This document shows, piece after piece, positions 1-10,772 of a stretch of DNA of 39,785 bases (position 1 is the stretch's first letter; each line of letters starts with the position of its first letter). The DNA comes from Halocafeteria seosinensis (Eukaryota). The DNA lies in contig LVLI01001608.1 of NCBI GenBank assembly GCA_001687465.1, positions 1 to 39,785 of the forward strand. Direction: 5' to 3'. Made by a program: the position numbers and the translations under genes. The notes below the pieces were generated by a model. The model was not told the origin of the DNA, made no database searches, and saw only the letters and a program-made list of their open reading frames with translations.

Positions 1-710
1 CAGATTTTGTTGACTACAGTCCCGACAGACTATGTCTTTAAGCCAAGGATAATGTACCTTGTACAAGTTGTAACTTTTCTTCGCCAACAACAATGAGGAT
101 GTTGCGATGGAGTTCCTGTGTCCTTTGTTGCGACAGAGTCTTGGGTGTCCTATGACTGTGACGAGGGATGGGATTGTTGATACACAACATTCCGGTACTG
201 CAGCACCGAAGGAAGAAGCCTTGCTATTGCTTACTTGTTTTGTACTACCTGTTACATATTGTCCCTATCGCAGCGTCCCGGAAACAAGTGGTGTAGAAAT
301 GAATGTACACGGCCACCGGCAGCCGTTAATTTGCCAGGAATGCATTGCCCGACCCCTGTCGCGTATATGCCCTCTGACAGAGTCTGGCTGCATAACCTCG
401 ATGTCTGATCTTCTCTTCGTGGTTGCGCTTATCGGTTGCTCCGTTTTCGCCCACCTCCCCCAGTACGTGAGTGATCCTGCTATAAAATCTCTGATTGCGT
501 TGTGCCTGTCCAGCCGGCTACCTGCGAGTTCCCCGTGAGAGCACGTGTAGGCATGATTGATTGAGCCATTAGTGTGCCGGGACACTGTGCCCTGAACAGA
601 GACGGCAGATGTGTTTACTCGTCAGAGTGAAGGTTGATTTTGACGTGCTCCAAGTTGAAGTTGTAGAACACGTAGCTCTATTGTCCAAGACAGTCCAACC
701 CGGTATAGTA
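1..710 (-). mobile_element. Degenerate 3' fragment of a non-LTR retrotransposon with restriction-like endonuclease (CRE/R2-group-like)
   Basis: Minus-strand translation across frameshifts gives LQLQLGA, ICRLC...HAYTC (zinc knuckle), RHNAIRDFIA (RHN at 507-499) and TEQPI...RRSDIEV. This is the order CCHC - RHN - PD..D typical of RLE elements. Stops and frameshifts are present; boundaries are approximate. Confidence 0.7.
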
Positions 711-939
711 TAATATTCAAGCCGTATTTTGAGAATCTAAATGCATCAAAGTATTCTACATTGTTTTATCTATCCGAATATATGTAGTGGATTTTATGAA
801 AGAGTCTTATATAGTATATGTTGGGGATTGAAGTTGAAAACCACCAGATCGGTTCAGACATATTCCTGAGCACTTGTACCATTTTGTCTTTCTCATTGTA
901 GCAACTTCCTCATTCAGTGTAGGCATACCATACCCATAA

Positions 940-2226
940 CTAAACACATTTCTTGGCTTCCGCTGCTAACCTTTCGAGCTTCTTCAAAGTATTCTCCAGC
1001 CGTGAAAAATCAGGCTTGGAACAGGTCGTCTTAGAAGACGATGTAGAATCTGAAGCCGTGTCGGATGAAGGACTATACAAGCCCTCAATCGACGCACTAT
1101 CATATAACGTGTCCACACTTCTGCGGTAAAGTTCCTCAAACCTGTCACTCCGGGGAGATGAAGCTATCAAATACATGCGGATCCGAACCCAGCGTGGATC
1201 GGAATCAAAAGGGAATCCACGTAAGCGCCGAAGTTGAACATCGTCTGGATCATCTTTGTATACAGAGCGTAAAGCTAAGGCGTATCTCGCCCATACTTCA
1301 AACGTGTGTCCGTGGCCATATGTCTCGATAATCGAAAAGCAGTCTTGAATCAAAGATGCTAGGTGTTCCTGATCTCCTGAGGTTAACTGAAACGTATCGG
1401 GATCTCGTTTGCATCGAATCAGGGCCGTAGCTATCATCGAAGCGAGTCGTGCTATTCCGGTTCTCATCATCCAGTCCCGGGCGCACCAAAACATTATTTC
1501 CAATAATTGAGTGTTCAGAACCTTTTGGTTGAGATGCTCCACATCCCTTGCTATGGGATGACGTAGATATGTTGAGATTAATAATGAATTGCATATGGTG
1601 GCCAACATCATCCGGTAAATGAAGCGAATCCGCTGTTTCTGTTCCGCAAACAATCGTTTTTTGATAGGATTCGAAAGGACATCGACCGGAATGGATGCAC
1701 GGTTCGTTGAACCCTCTACCAACATCCTCCATATTGCATCATTCTGATTTCGGATCTTTGCATTGACATGTGTAGAGAGACCATCCTCCGGCATAAATCC
1801 CTCGCTCCAATCGACTCTTTTACCATACGGCCCGTTTAACGGCAAATCCTCAGGGATGGTGGATACGCAACTTCGAATGTTACCCCAAGCCTTGTTTATC
1901 TTCTCCCGAGCTTGTTCATAGTCCCCTTTCGCGAAAAACGCCCAGGCTTCGTGCTTACCTAAGCGAGAGATAAAAAATGCATCGTCACTCTCAGGAGACA
2001 GTCGACTATAAATACCCCCTAACAGCAGTCCTGGAGCTTTTTCATACTCCCTTTCAGCACTATCGGCATGTTCAATGGCACGGACAGCCTCGGTACCTGC
2101 TTGACCAATTCTAATACGGCCCGCTTCAGAGTCCCTTGATTGTTGCGGCTTTATGTCGCGCTCTAGTTCTTTGAAGTACTTGAGATAATACTGAGCCTTG
2201 TGGAACTCCGCTTCTGCGGTTTTCAA
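940..2226 (-). CDS. Hypothetical alpha-helical (possibly TPR-like) protein, 5' end unresolved
   Basis: 428-codon ORF with protein-like composition, including the helical-repeat-like segment AWAFFAKGDYEQAREKINKAW. The frame stays open to a TAG at 2340-2338 but has no ATG at its 5' end, so it is either a last exon or a truncated gene. Confidence 0.5.
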   Translation of the reverse strand: MKTAEAEFHKAQYYLKYFKELERDIKPQQSRDSEAGRIRIGQAGTEAVRAIEHADSAEREYEKAPGLLLGGIYSRLSPESDDAFFISRLGKHEAWAFFAKGDYEQAREKINKAWGNIRSCVSTIPEDLPLNGPYGKRVDWSEGFMPEDGLSTHVNAKIRNQNDAIWRMLVEGSTNRASIPVDVLSNPIKKRLFAEQKQRIRFIYRMMLATICNSLLISTYLRHPIARDVEHLNQKVLNTQLLEIMFWCARDWMMRTGIARLASMIATALIRCKRDPDTFQLTSGDQEHLASLIQDCFSIIETYGHGHTFEVWARYALALRSVYKDDPDDVQLRRLRGFPFDSDPRWVRIRMYLIASSPRSDRFEELYRRSVDTLYDSASIEGLYSPSSDTASDSTSSSKTTCSKPDFSRLENTLKKLERLAAEAKKCV

Positions 2227-2899
2227 TTCTGCTCTGCGTTCGTAACGTCTTCCACACGCGATGACCCATACATGAGTCTTTTGGATACGGATGATGCTGT
2301 GAGAAAAGCGTTTATTGCTAACGATGCGAATGTATTCCTACAGGATGTGATTTCAGCCAGTGAAAACGCTGATGCGTTGTTCGAAGACTATGTTGGTAAA
2401 AACGCTGCGGGAAAGTGGAATCCTTTCCGGTGGATATTCGAATACAGGCTGAGTTCCGTACTAACATCGCAAGATTGGAAGTGCTCCTTCGCCGGCGGCA
2501 TGCGCTTACCTATATGCTACCTAGCGAGTCACGTACACTATCAATATGGATAATAGTACCAGAAACCGTCTGCTAAACTGGAAACGAGACCGATTCCCAT
2601 CCATGCGGCATTGTTTCGGACGAACGGTATAATCCTATCTCGGAATGCATCCTTTACTTTTTTATACATGACTGACTTCGCTCGAAAATCGGTGTATCAT
2701 CCAACTAATATGTACGGGGGTCCCCCTTTGAAATACACACACCTGCACTTTCAAACACATAGACATACAAGGTTATAGTACGTCTTTCATACAAACCCTA
2801 CACATGCAAGACCGGTCTAAACTCCTTTACTCTTTTCATAATCATCGGTCATGAGGCATCGCCGTGAGCTCAACTTAAGCCGCCCCCTCTTTCTTGCAT

Positions 2900-4514
2900 T
2901 AGGGCGTGGGGCACGGGCACGGTGGACAGCATATCGGAAGAAAACTGCAAGAAGATCCAAGGATTCAAATTCAAATGGTAAAGCATCGCAATGAACATGG
3001 GAATATTTCCATATTAAGGACGGCGCAACCCGAGATCCAACTACCAAACGATTCGAAGTGGTCGTGTACAACGTTTGCGATGATGATGTGACAGACAGAT
3101 CGACTTCATACGTGCCGACTCACCTTAAAACGTGCAAGGTCCACGCCGCGGGCGCTTTGGGTAACCAAGCGAACAATGGCTCTAAGAAACCACCTCCTCG
3201 CGATATCTGTGTATCAGGTGTAAAACCCGAAGGCGCTGCTGTTGGATCCAAGCGGATTAAGACGGGATAACTTCCCCGTTTTGCTACGCTTTTGTCTCAG
3301 TTCATGATGACAGCCAAAGCTGCAGAGCGGGTTCATTCTGCTGGTTCGAGCTTTGATAGCTTGCAAAATTCCACTCACTGTATCACGCAGTTCAAGATTG
3401 AAAGAGTTTATATCCCACCGCCCTGCATACGCACAAATACCACGGGAAACGATGGACACGCGAATCTTGCAGACCGAGTACGCCAGAATCTAGCAAGAAG
3501 CGCGGTCAGATATCCGTGAAATCTACGGAGGATACACTTGACAGCTTGATGGTTGGAATGACAAAAAACGAAGAAACTTATATGGATACACCATCGGCAA
3601 GATAGGTGAACATTCCCGCGTTGTAGATGTTCTGATATTTCGAAGGAGTACCGATGTGACTTCTAATGTCATGCAGAAATGGATGGAAAACATGAGCCAA
3701 GTGGTGGCAGAATGACGCGCTTACGTACTGGGAACGAATTGATGAAAGAAAGGGCGGTCCTCTACACAAACTCTTCAAAATAAAGCCGACTTGAGCGGCT
3801 GTTCAGCCACCTCGGCGCGATACACGCAGACTCACGAAGCAGTCTGAAACCTGAGAACCTAAAATTGCCTGCTCAAAGTAAACTCTTCTATGTGGCTGAA
3901 GATGCGCGAGCAGAAGCCAGTGACCAGTCTATCTTGGCTGTATACGATAATCCACCGGATTCCAACTCCTCCAATTTATCAGGCGAGACAGAGTCACCGT
4001 CATGTAGTAACGAATTATCGGCGGCATCTTCGGATTCCTCTTCTAACAGCCAGTCGGCTTCGGCAACGTCATCAACTTTGAACTGCAGCAGGCCCGACAA
4101 TGAAGAGGCGTTTTCTGCCTCCGACGAAGCGGGTGCTAACCAAGCCATTTTTGAGATAAACGTTGCGCTCATTCTTGAAGGGATGATTTAGCGTGCTAAA
4201 TTACCCCAGAAGATGTTGTTGACCTAGCCCATCCTCTGGTTATTAGAATTAGCTCCAAAGAGGCAGCGGAGTAGGAAGAGAGAATAAAGAAGGAAGGAAA
4301 ACTACAGGACGAGTACGATTGGACTGTCGAGGCGCTTCTAGTTAAAAATCCAACCAACAATAGACCAACACGACGAAAAATTCCGGCGGAAACGCTCTGC
4401 ATTACATACTTTAAGAACATTTTGTAATTTTGGCATGCCACGTTGGCAAGTGTTTTGAGCGGGCCTGGCACTGCCAGGGTGGCACAGGGAAAAAAAGTTG
4501 TGCCCCACGCCCTA
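2900..4514 (+). mobile_element. Non-autonomous, internally deleted hAT-superfamily DNA transposon
   Basis: Perfect 15-bp terminal inverted repeats TAGGGCGTGGGGCAC (2900-2914) and GTGCCCCACGCCCTA (4500-4514). TGGCA/TGCCA subterminal motifs at 4431-4485. Internal transposase remnants. No 8-bp TSD (flanks TCTTGCAT vs CCTCAGAA). Confidence 0.85.
2930..4191 (+). pseudogene. hAT transposase pseudogene (BED finger, DGW catalytic strand, C-terminal dimerisation motif)
   Basis: WEYFH (2998-3012)...NVC...STSYVPTHLKTCKVH (to 3144) is a decayed BED finger. QLDGWNDKKRRNLYG has DGW at 3548-3556. ERLFSHLGAIHADSRSSLKPENL begins at 3793. Several stops and frameshifts. Confidence 0.85.
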
Positions 4515-4546
4515 CCTCAGAAGCTCGAGGTCATGTGGACCAGGCT

Positions 4547-4795
4547 GTGGTGTGGGTCTATGACGTCTATCGGTTGCGATATGAGTTGGAATGTTACCTG
4601 AAGAATTGCTACAGTGGCAGTCAGTGAGGTCGTGATTCGCGCTGGTGCCTGCATTAGGAGTTGCGGAAGTTCAAAGTTGCAATGAATTCCAAATCGTCAG
4701 TAAGGCACTACACTGTAGGAGTGGTGTAGGTCTGTTGCAATATGTATGAGTTGGGATGCTACCTGAAGAATCGCTAAAGTGGCAGTGAGGTGGTG
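4547..4795. repeat. Degenerate direct repeat pair (about 80 bp; 4547-4632 and 4721-4795)
   Basis: TATGAGTTGGAATGTTACCTGAAGAATTGCTACAGTGGCAGT vs TATGAGTTGGGATGCTACCTGAAGAATCGCTAAAGTGGCAGT. Confidence 0.8.
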
Positions 4796-5119
4796 GGTGG
4801 AAGGCACCGTAAACTCAATAACTCCTGCGGGTGTATTACATCCTGTATTTGACATACTTTCATTTACAGTGTTCAATTCGACACCCTTCTCGGGCTGCTC
4901 CAAGTTCCGAGTTATGTATATATATATGTGTGTGTGTGTCTTGCTGGAGAAAATGGACAATATCCAAACACCATGTGCGATATGGCGATAGGTTGGTTGA
5001 GGTGTGAAGTGCTGTGGTATATTATGTCCTACCGCCGGCTACCGGCTAAATGGAACCAGTTAGGAGATCCCCACACCGTGGAATATCTCCCTAAACCTCC
5101 CAAAATTTCACCCTTGACC

Positions 5120-5121
<2 letters not shown>

Positions 5122-5153
<32 letters not shown>
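5122..5153. repeat. (TG)16 microsatellite
   Basis: Seen directly in sequence. Confidence 0.95.
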
Positions 5154-5154
<1 letters not shown>

Positions 5155-6414
5155 TCTGTTGGTACTCCAGTAGCCCTCCGAGTACAAGGTCCACAGATAC
5201 GTAAAGCACCATTTGCAACTACTGCCCATGCTAGGAGAGGACTGCCGCTTGAGGTTTTCTATCACTTCGTCCCAAAACTCCGAGACATAAAATCTGCATT
5301 CAAGCATTTAAGTGACCCCTCTGCAATTGATCCATTTCACTCAGTGGAGCTAATACTTGTCAGCTTTCCAAGGACCAACAACGGGTCACGGTGTCCCTCG
5401 ATTTACCGAGTTTCACTGGCCTATAATCCCCATAGGACGTAAATAACGACAACATGAATGCATTAAATACACAAGAGGGTATGTCATGCTTCGAGCGATT
5501 TGCCGGTACTAGCTGGCTAGGATGATTTTGCCGGCCACTTGTAGTTCCTCATTCGCGGCACTGAAAGCACTTCGTTGGTGCTAGCCATTCGACTGCACAC
5601 CCTTGCGTTGTTCCTGCTCATTCGCTTCTCCCTCCTCGAGCGAGCATGCACTCTGTATTTGAAGGAAGTTAAGACTCGATATCCAGGCCGTATGATAATC
5701 CAGTATAAAATTACCCCTTCACCGGCTTTTAGCTACTAAGCTGGATGTGATTCCAAGCAGAGCTTTCAAGAGCTTTGACAGTGAGAGCCAAAACCAGAAA
5801 GCATATCCACGATCCAGGTATCCTTCCGCCACGAGCGGTGCCATGAGGTGCTGCTGGTGCTTTTCCCTTGCCTCTTAGCGGCCTCAGTGCCAAGGGTGCT
5901 AGTTCAAGTCTCATTCTTTGTTTATATTTCAGCCGTGCTGGCTTCTGTTCCCACCACTCAGCAGCTCAGTATTGTCTTCTTGCAATGATCCTGCTTTGAC
6001 ACTGCTTGCTTCGTCTAGATCGTGGAACTCTGTTGGGCGGATTTCCCCTTCGCTCAGAGTCTCTTCAAATCAAATTAGATCTTGTTTGTTGAGCCACAAA
6101 CACAACACCATACATTCAATGATGCACAATGTAGGGCAATCCCATGACGTTCTAACTGAAAATTAGCACCTGTACTCGAGCCACCCTTCCGCCCGGTTCA
6201 ATCCGGGCTGTCCCAAATCCGGGCTTTTCGCAAGGATACCATATATATGGCGTACGGTGGGTATACTGGACAACTCTCAACGGGCATCTCTTCGGTCGAA
6301 CTGAAGACATCTAGTATGCGTGATGGTCATTGATACACACATTTTAGCCATGGACCATAGTGGAATGACACGAATTATAATACAACCAAAACAGCATAAC
6401 AAAAGATAAGAAGA

Positions 6415-9400
6415 ATGATGCTCACGAGGGGTTATTCGTCGTGTGTCCCCAAACAGGGTGTATTTGTGAAGCCACTGAAGCGCTTAAAGGGCACATTATG
6501 CTCTAAACGAGGTTTACATGCACTCCCACGAGCTTCCGTCAATCTCCCCTCCTCTAAATGTACGTCTTCACCTGTGCCGTGTGTTCTCATTCGCCCCGTC
6601 AGCGGTGAATAAGGAGCTGCAGATACCCCCATGGCGGAGACGTATGACCCCACGGCCGTAGAGAAGGACTTATATCAATGGTGGGAGGAATCTGGTGTAT
6701 TCGAGGCCAATCGGGGGACAGGCAAGCCTTTCAGTATGGTACGCAGTAGCTCGTTTCAGGAGATAGACGGCTGACGGAAGGAATGAGTGAGACCTGTTGC
6801 AGGTGATTCCTCCCCCAAATGTGACGGGAGCATTGCATATTGGCCATGCGTTGACGGTGACCATTCAAGATTGTCTGGTTCGTTGGAGACGAATGCATGG
6901 TACGGATAGTGCAAGATTAGTGTTATTTGAGCTGTTTTAGACGTCCCTCGGCAAGTGCAGGGGATGATGTCTTGTGGATTCCTGGATTAGATCATGCTGG
7001 AATCGCCACGCAATCGGTTGTGGAACGAAACTTAGAAAAAACACGAGGTTTGAACCGACATGATTTGGGTAGAGACGAGTTTGTTAAGGAGGTATGGCGG
7101 GCACATGATGAAGCAGTGCTAGGTCTCGGTTTATCCGGAATTATGCGTGTGGCTAAATCACAGGTGTATAAGTGGAACGACAAGTACGGCGGGAGGATAT
7201 GTGAACAGCTTAAGAGATTGGGAGCCAGTCTTAACTGGGATAGACAGGTTTTTACTTTAGATGAAAAACGCAACCAAGCCGTCAAGGAAACATTTGTACG
7301 TTTATGGAGACAAGGATTGGTGTATCGGTAAGCGCAAGTACGGCTTTGAACGGGAAAATTCTGGTTTGTCAGTGGTTTGCAATTTTAACACAGTGGAACG
7401 CGCATGGTAAATTGGTGTCCACATCTGCAAACAGCGTTAAGCGATATAGAAGTTGACGTAGCACATATAGCTTCTCCTACGAAACTAAAGGTACCGTCGC
7501 GAAATGGAGGGGAAAGACTGGTGGAGGTAGGGTGGATGGAAACATTTTGCTATCCGGTGGTTGACCCGAGGGGGAGAATTTCACTTTTGGAAGTATCTAC
7601 CACGCGCTTAGAAACTATGCTGGGAGATGTTGCACTAGCTGTGCATCCAGATGATGAAAGATATAAACATCTCGTGGGATCGGTCGTGATTCATCCTTTG
7701 CAGAATCTCAAGTTTGATCCGTTTGCTTACACCAAGGAGCAACTCAAGGACATGTTGTACGGGCAGCACAGTGACAACAGATTAGTAACACTTCCGGTTA
7801 TAGCTGATTCCGAGCTTGTGGACCCGAACGTAGGAACGGGTAAGTATAGAAAGCCGGAGCAGCACTTGTTCATGCACTAGTATGTGTCCTTGTACGACAA
7901 TCCAGGAGTTGTAAAGGTGACCCCTGCACACGACAGCAATGACTTTGCTTGTGCGCAAAGGCATGATCTCCCAATTAGTGACAGCCATATCATTAACAAC
8001 CTTGGAACGATGAATGGGAATTGTGGGCGGTTTCATGGAATGGATAGGTATGCACGGATTTTTTAAAGACTTTGTAAAGCCCCTTACTGAAAATTGACTC
8101 CCTGTGGAACAGATTCGATGCGCGTAACAATGTGAGGGAGGCACTGCGAGAAAAGCAATTGTTCGTCTCTCAGGAACGTCATGAAATGAGCATACCCCGA
8201 TGCAGTCGTAGCGGTGATATCCTCGAGCCGATGTTGAAGCCTCAATGGTTTGTGCGGTGTGATAGCCTTGCTAAGCAGGCCTTGCAACTGACGAAAAAGG
8301 GCAGTTTACAGATTTTGCCGGCCAATCCTTTTGAAACGCTTTGGAAGCAGTGGCTAGAGAATATTCATGATTGGTGTGTTAGCAGACAGTTATGGTGGGG
8401 ACATCGTATTCCGGCATATCGTGTAGTTTTACGGAACAACGTATCAGGAGACGTGATTGTACCAACAGAAACCACTGATACTACTGGGAATGCTGATGGA
8501 ATTTGGATTGTTGGTCGCTCGGAAGATGAAGCTTTGGCGGAGGTGTCGAGAGAATATACGTTGTCTCAGTTGCTGGATCTTTCCGAAGATATTCCTGAGC
8601 AAGATACCGGAGCGTGGAATATTGCTTTGGAGCAAGATGAAGACGTATTGGACACATGGTTCTCCTCCGCGATATTTCCATTGAGTGTCTTTGGTTTTCC
8701 CAACGAGGAACAATGTGGTAAAGACTTAAATGATTACCAGCGGTATTACCCTTTGTCAGTGATGGAAACAGGGTCCGACATACTGTTCTTCTGGGTTGCC
8801 CGCATGGCTATGCTATGTAAGCAACTAGTCGACGAGACTCCTTTTAAGACAGTGTATCTGCATCCAGTCGTTCGAGATCGTAAAGGGCAAAAGATGAGCA
8901 AGTCTTTGGGTAATGTTGTCGATCCTACGTCGATTATGGATGGAAAGAATGTGAACGAATTATTAAATGAACTTGAACAAAACTCCGGAATCCGTGCGTC
9001 CGAAAAACAGTCAGCACGGACGAATTTGCAGAAGGAATTTCCCAATGGTATACCTACATGTGGCACCGACGCCTTGAGGCTCTGCCTTGGCTCCTACTTG
9101 CAGCAAGGGGTTCAGATTAACATGGATGTGAAACGTGCCCAGTCCTATCGCCATTTTTGCAACAAGATATGGAACGCATCGAGGCTCATCTTATCCCATG
9201 CATCAAATGGCAAGGCTCCGAGAGAAACCCAAGCCGAGGAGGGAAGGCAAATCCTTGGAGTATCTTCTCGGCCTTTAGAACACTATGTCCATTCACTGTC
9301 GCTGTGTGACCGTTGGATTCTATCTCAGTTTAGCCGATGTTGCGAAGAAGTGGACCAGTCTCTAGACAAGTACGATTTTGCAAATGCTGTCAGGGCCACT

Positions 9401-10327
9401 CACTCATTTTTTCTGTATAGTCTCTGTGACGTATATTTGGAATGGTGCAAGCCTATTGTAGGACCACCACCAGGAGACAACGCAAGTATTAGCGAACAAA
9501 CAGACGAAGCAAATGCCGCTCGTGTGAAATCTATCCTGTGTCTGCTATTGGACGGTAGCTTGCGACTGCTGCATCCTTTGATGCCCTTTCTTACGGAAGA
9601 AATATGGCAAAGACTGAAAGGATTAGAGGGTGATCTGGTGAATGATGTGCATCCTCGCTCGATAGCGACCGCAAAATTTCCGACCCACGATTCCCTCTGG
9701 CAACAATTGCGGGGCTTTGCAGATTCAGAATCCGACAGAAGGATGGAACTTGTCCTGGAGGCAGTTCGGGGAGTTAGGGAACTCAAACAAACGTTCCGTG
9801 AAGTTTGCGGGAAAGAATCAGGTGATCAAACCCTTCAGCTAATTTCAACCAACGAAGCTGAACGCGAGCTGCTTGTAGATAATCTCGCAATTATGGTACA
9901 GCTGCCGGGCATGGCAAGGGCTGGGGTGTCCGTTGTTGGATCCGCACAGGAGGGGGATGATGTTCCAGTATTACGGGTGAGGATATCCGATTCAATAGAG
10001 GGTAAGTTTTATGGGCAAAATGAAGCAGCTCGCTCCTTACCCTAAACCGTATTCTCTGCAGCTCGAGTTGCGCTGGATAACACCAGCAGCACCAAAACGG
10101 GTCTCGAAGAAAATATTGAACTAAGAAGAAAGCGTATCACAAAGTTAAGAAAGGAAGAAACAAAGCTATCTGAACAAATGAGGCATCCTAAGTATAGTAA
10201 TACACCCGACGAGATCAGACAACGAGACAACTTGCGTCTGAAGGATATACAGCACAAGTGCCACGTCGAGACGGCCGCTTTGAAGGACTTAAAGCGGGCA
10301 CTTGAAACGGTAGATCGCCGCAACTAA
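6415..10327 (+). CDS. VARS: Valyl-tRNA synthetase (class Ia), probably organelle-targeted; 9 exons, about 1131 aa
   Basis: Exons 6415-6559, 6623-6738, 6803-6899, 6961-7091, 7164-7327, 7394-7839, 7906-8047, 8113-10001, 10062-10327; all GT-AG and phase-consistent (exon 1 least certain). Motifs [70 protein letters not shown], and a C-terminal coiled coil. The N-terminus is K/R/S-rich and lacks acidic residues. Confidence 0.95.
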
Positions 10328-10772
10328 AATGTTTAATCCTTTTTGTTTCACTCATGTATTTCTTAATCCCGCCTAGCGTCGCCCCTGTTGCTCGAAGAAG
10401 TTGACAGTTAAGGCGCATATTCACAAGTGGTTGCCGTAATGCATTGATGTCGTATATGAGCTGGAAAAATTGTAAAATATGTGGGAAGGCGGAGGATAGC
10501 TTCGGGGAAGACGCAGTTAAGCCCTACAGGGGATTGTCAGAAAACCAACGAGGCGCGGTGGAGATGACGAACTGTAAGGTTAGAAACAGAGTGGTCAAGC
10601 TATGCATACCGTTGATGCGGTCACTTGACGTCTAGCGTAGCAGGCAGTCTACAAGACTCCGGAGGAGCGCATAAATAGATCTACAATTGAACTGTTTCAT
10701 ACCGAGAGTAAAGAGCGAATAAAAAGGTTTCTTGTATCTCTAGAAAGCAACTCTGTGCGTGACGCACGAGTA

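Noticed and set aside
940..4514. Possible Fanzor/TnpB cargo associated with the hAT element
   Set aside because: No RuvC D-E-D motifs or CxxC zinc ribbon in the ORFs inside or beside the element; the 428-aa ORF lies outside the TIRs.
5160..6120. Coding-like decayed sequence on the minus strand (faint ankyrin-like words)
   Set aside because: Too many stops and no motif I can defend.
6191..6208. GCCCGG-TTCAAT-CCGGGC resembling a tRNA T-arm/B-box
   Set aside because: The loop is 6 nt rather than 7, and no acceptor stem, D-arm or anticodon arm can be built upstream.
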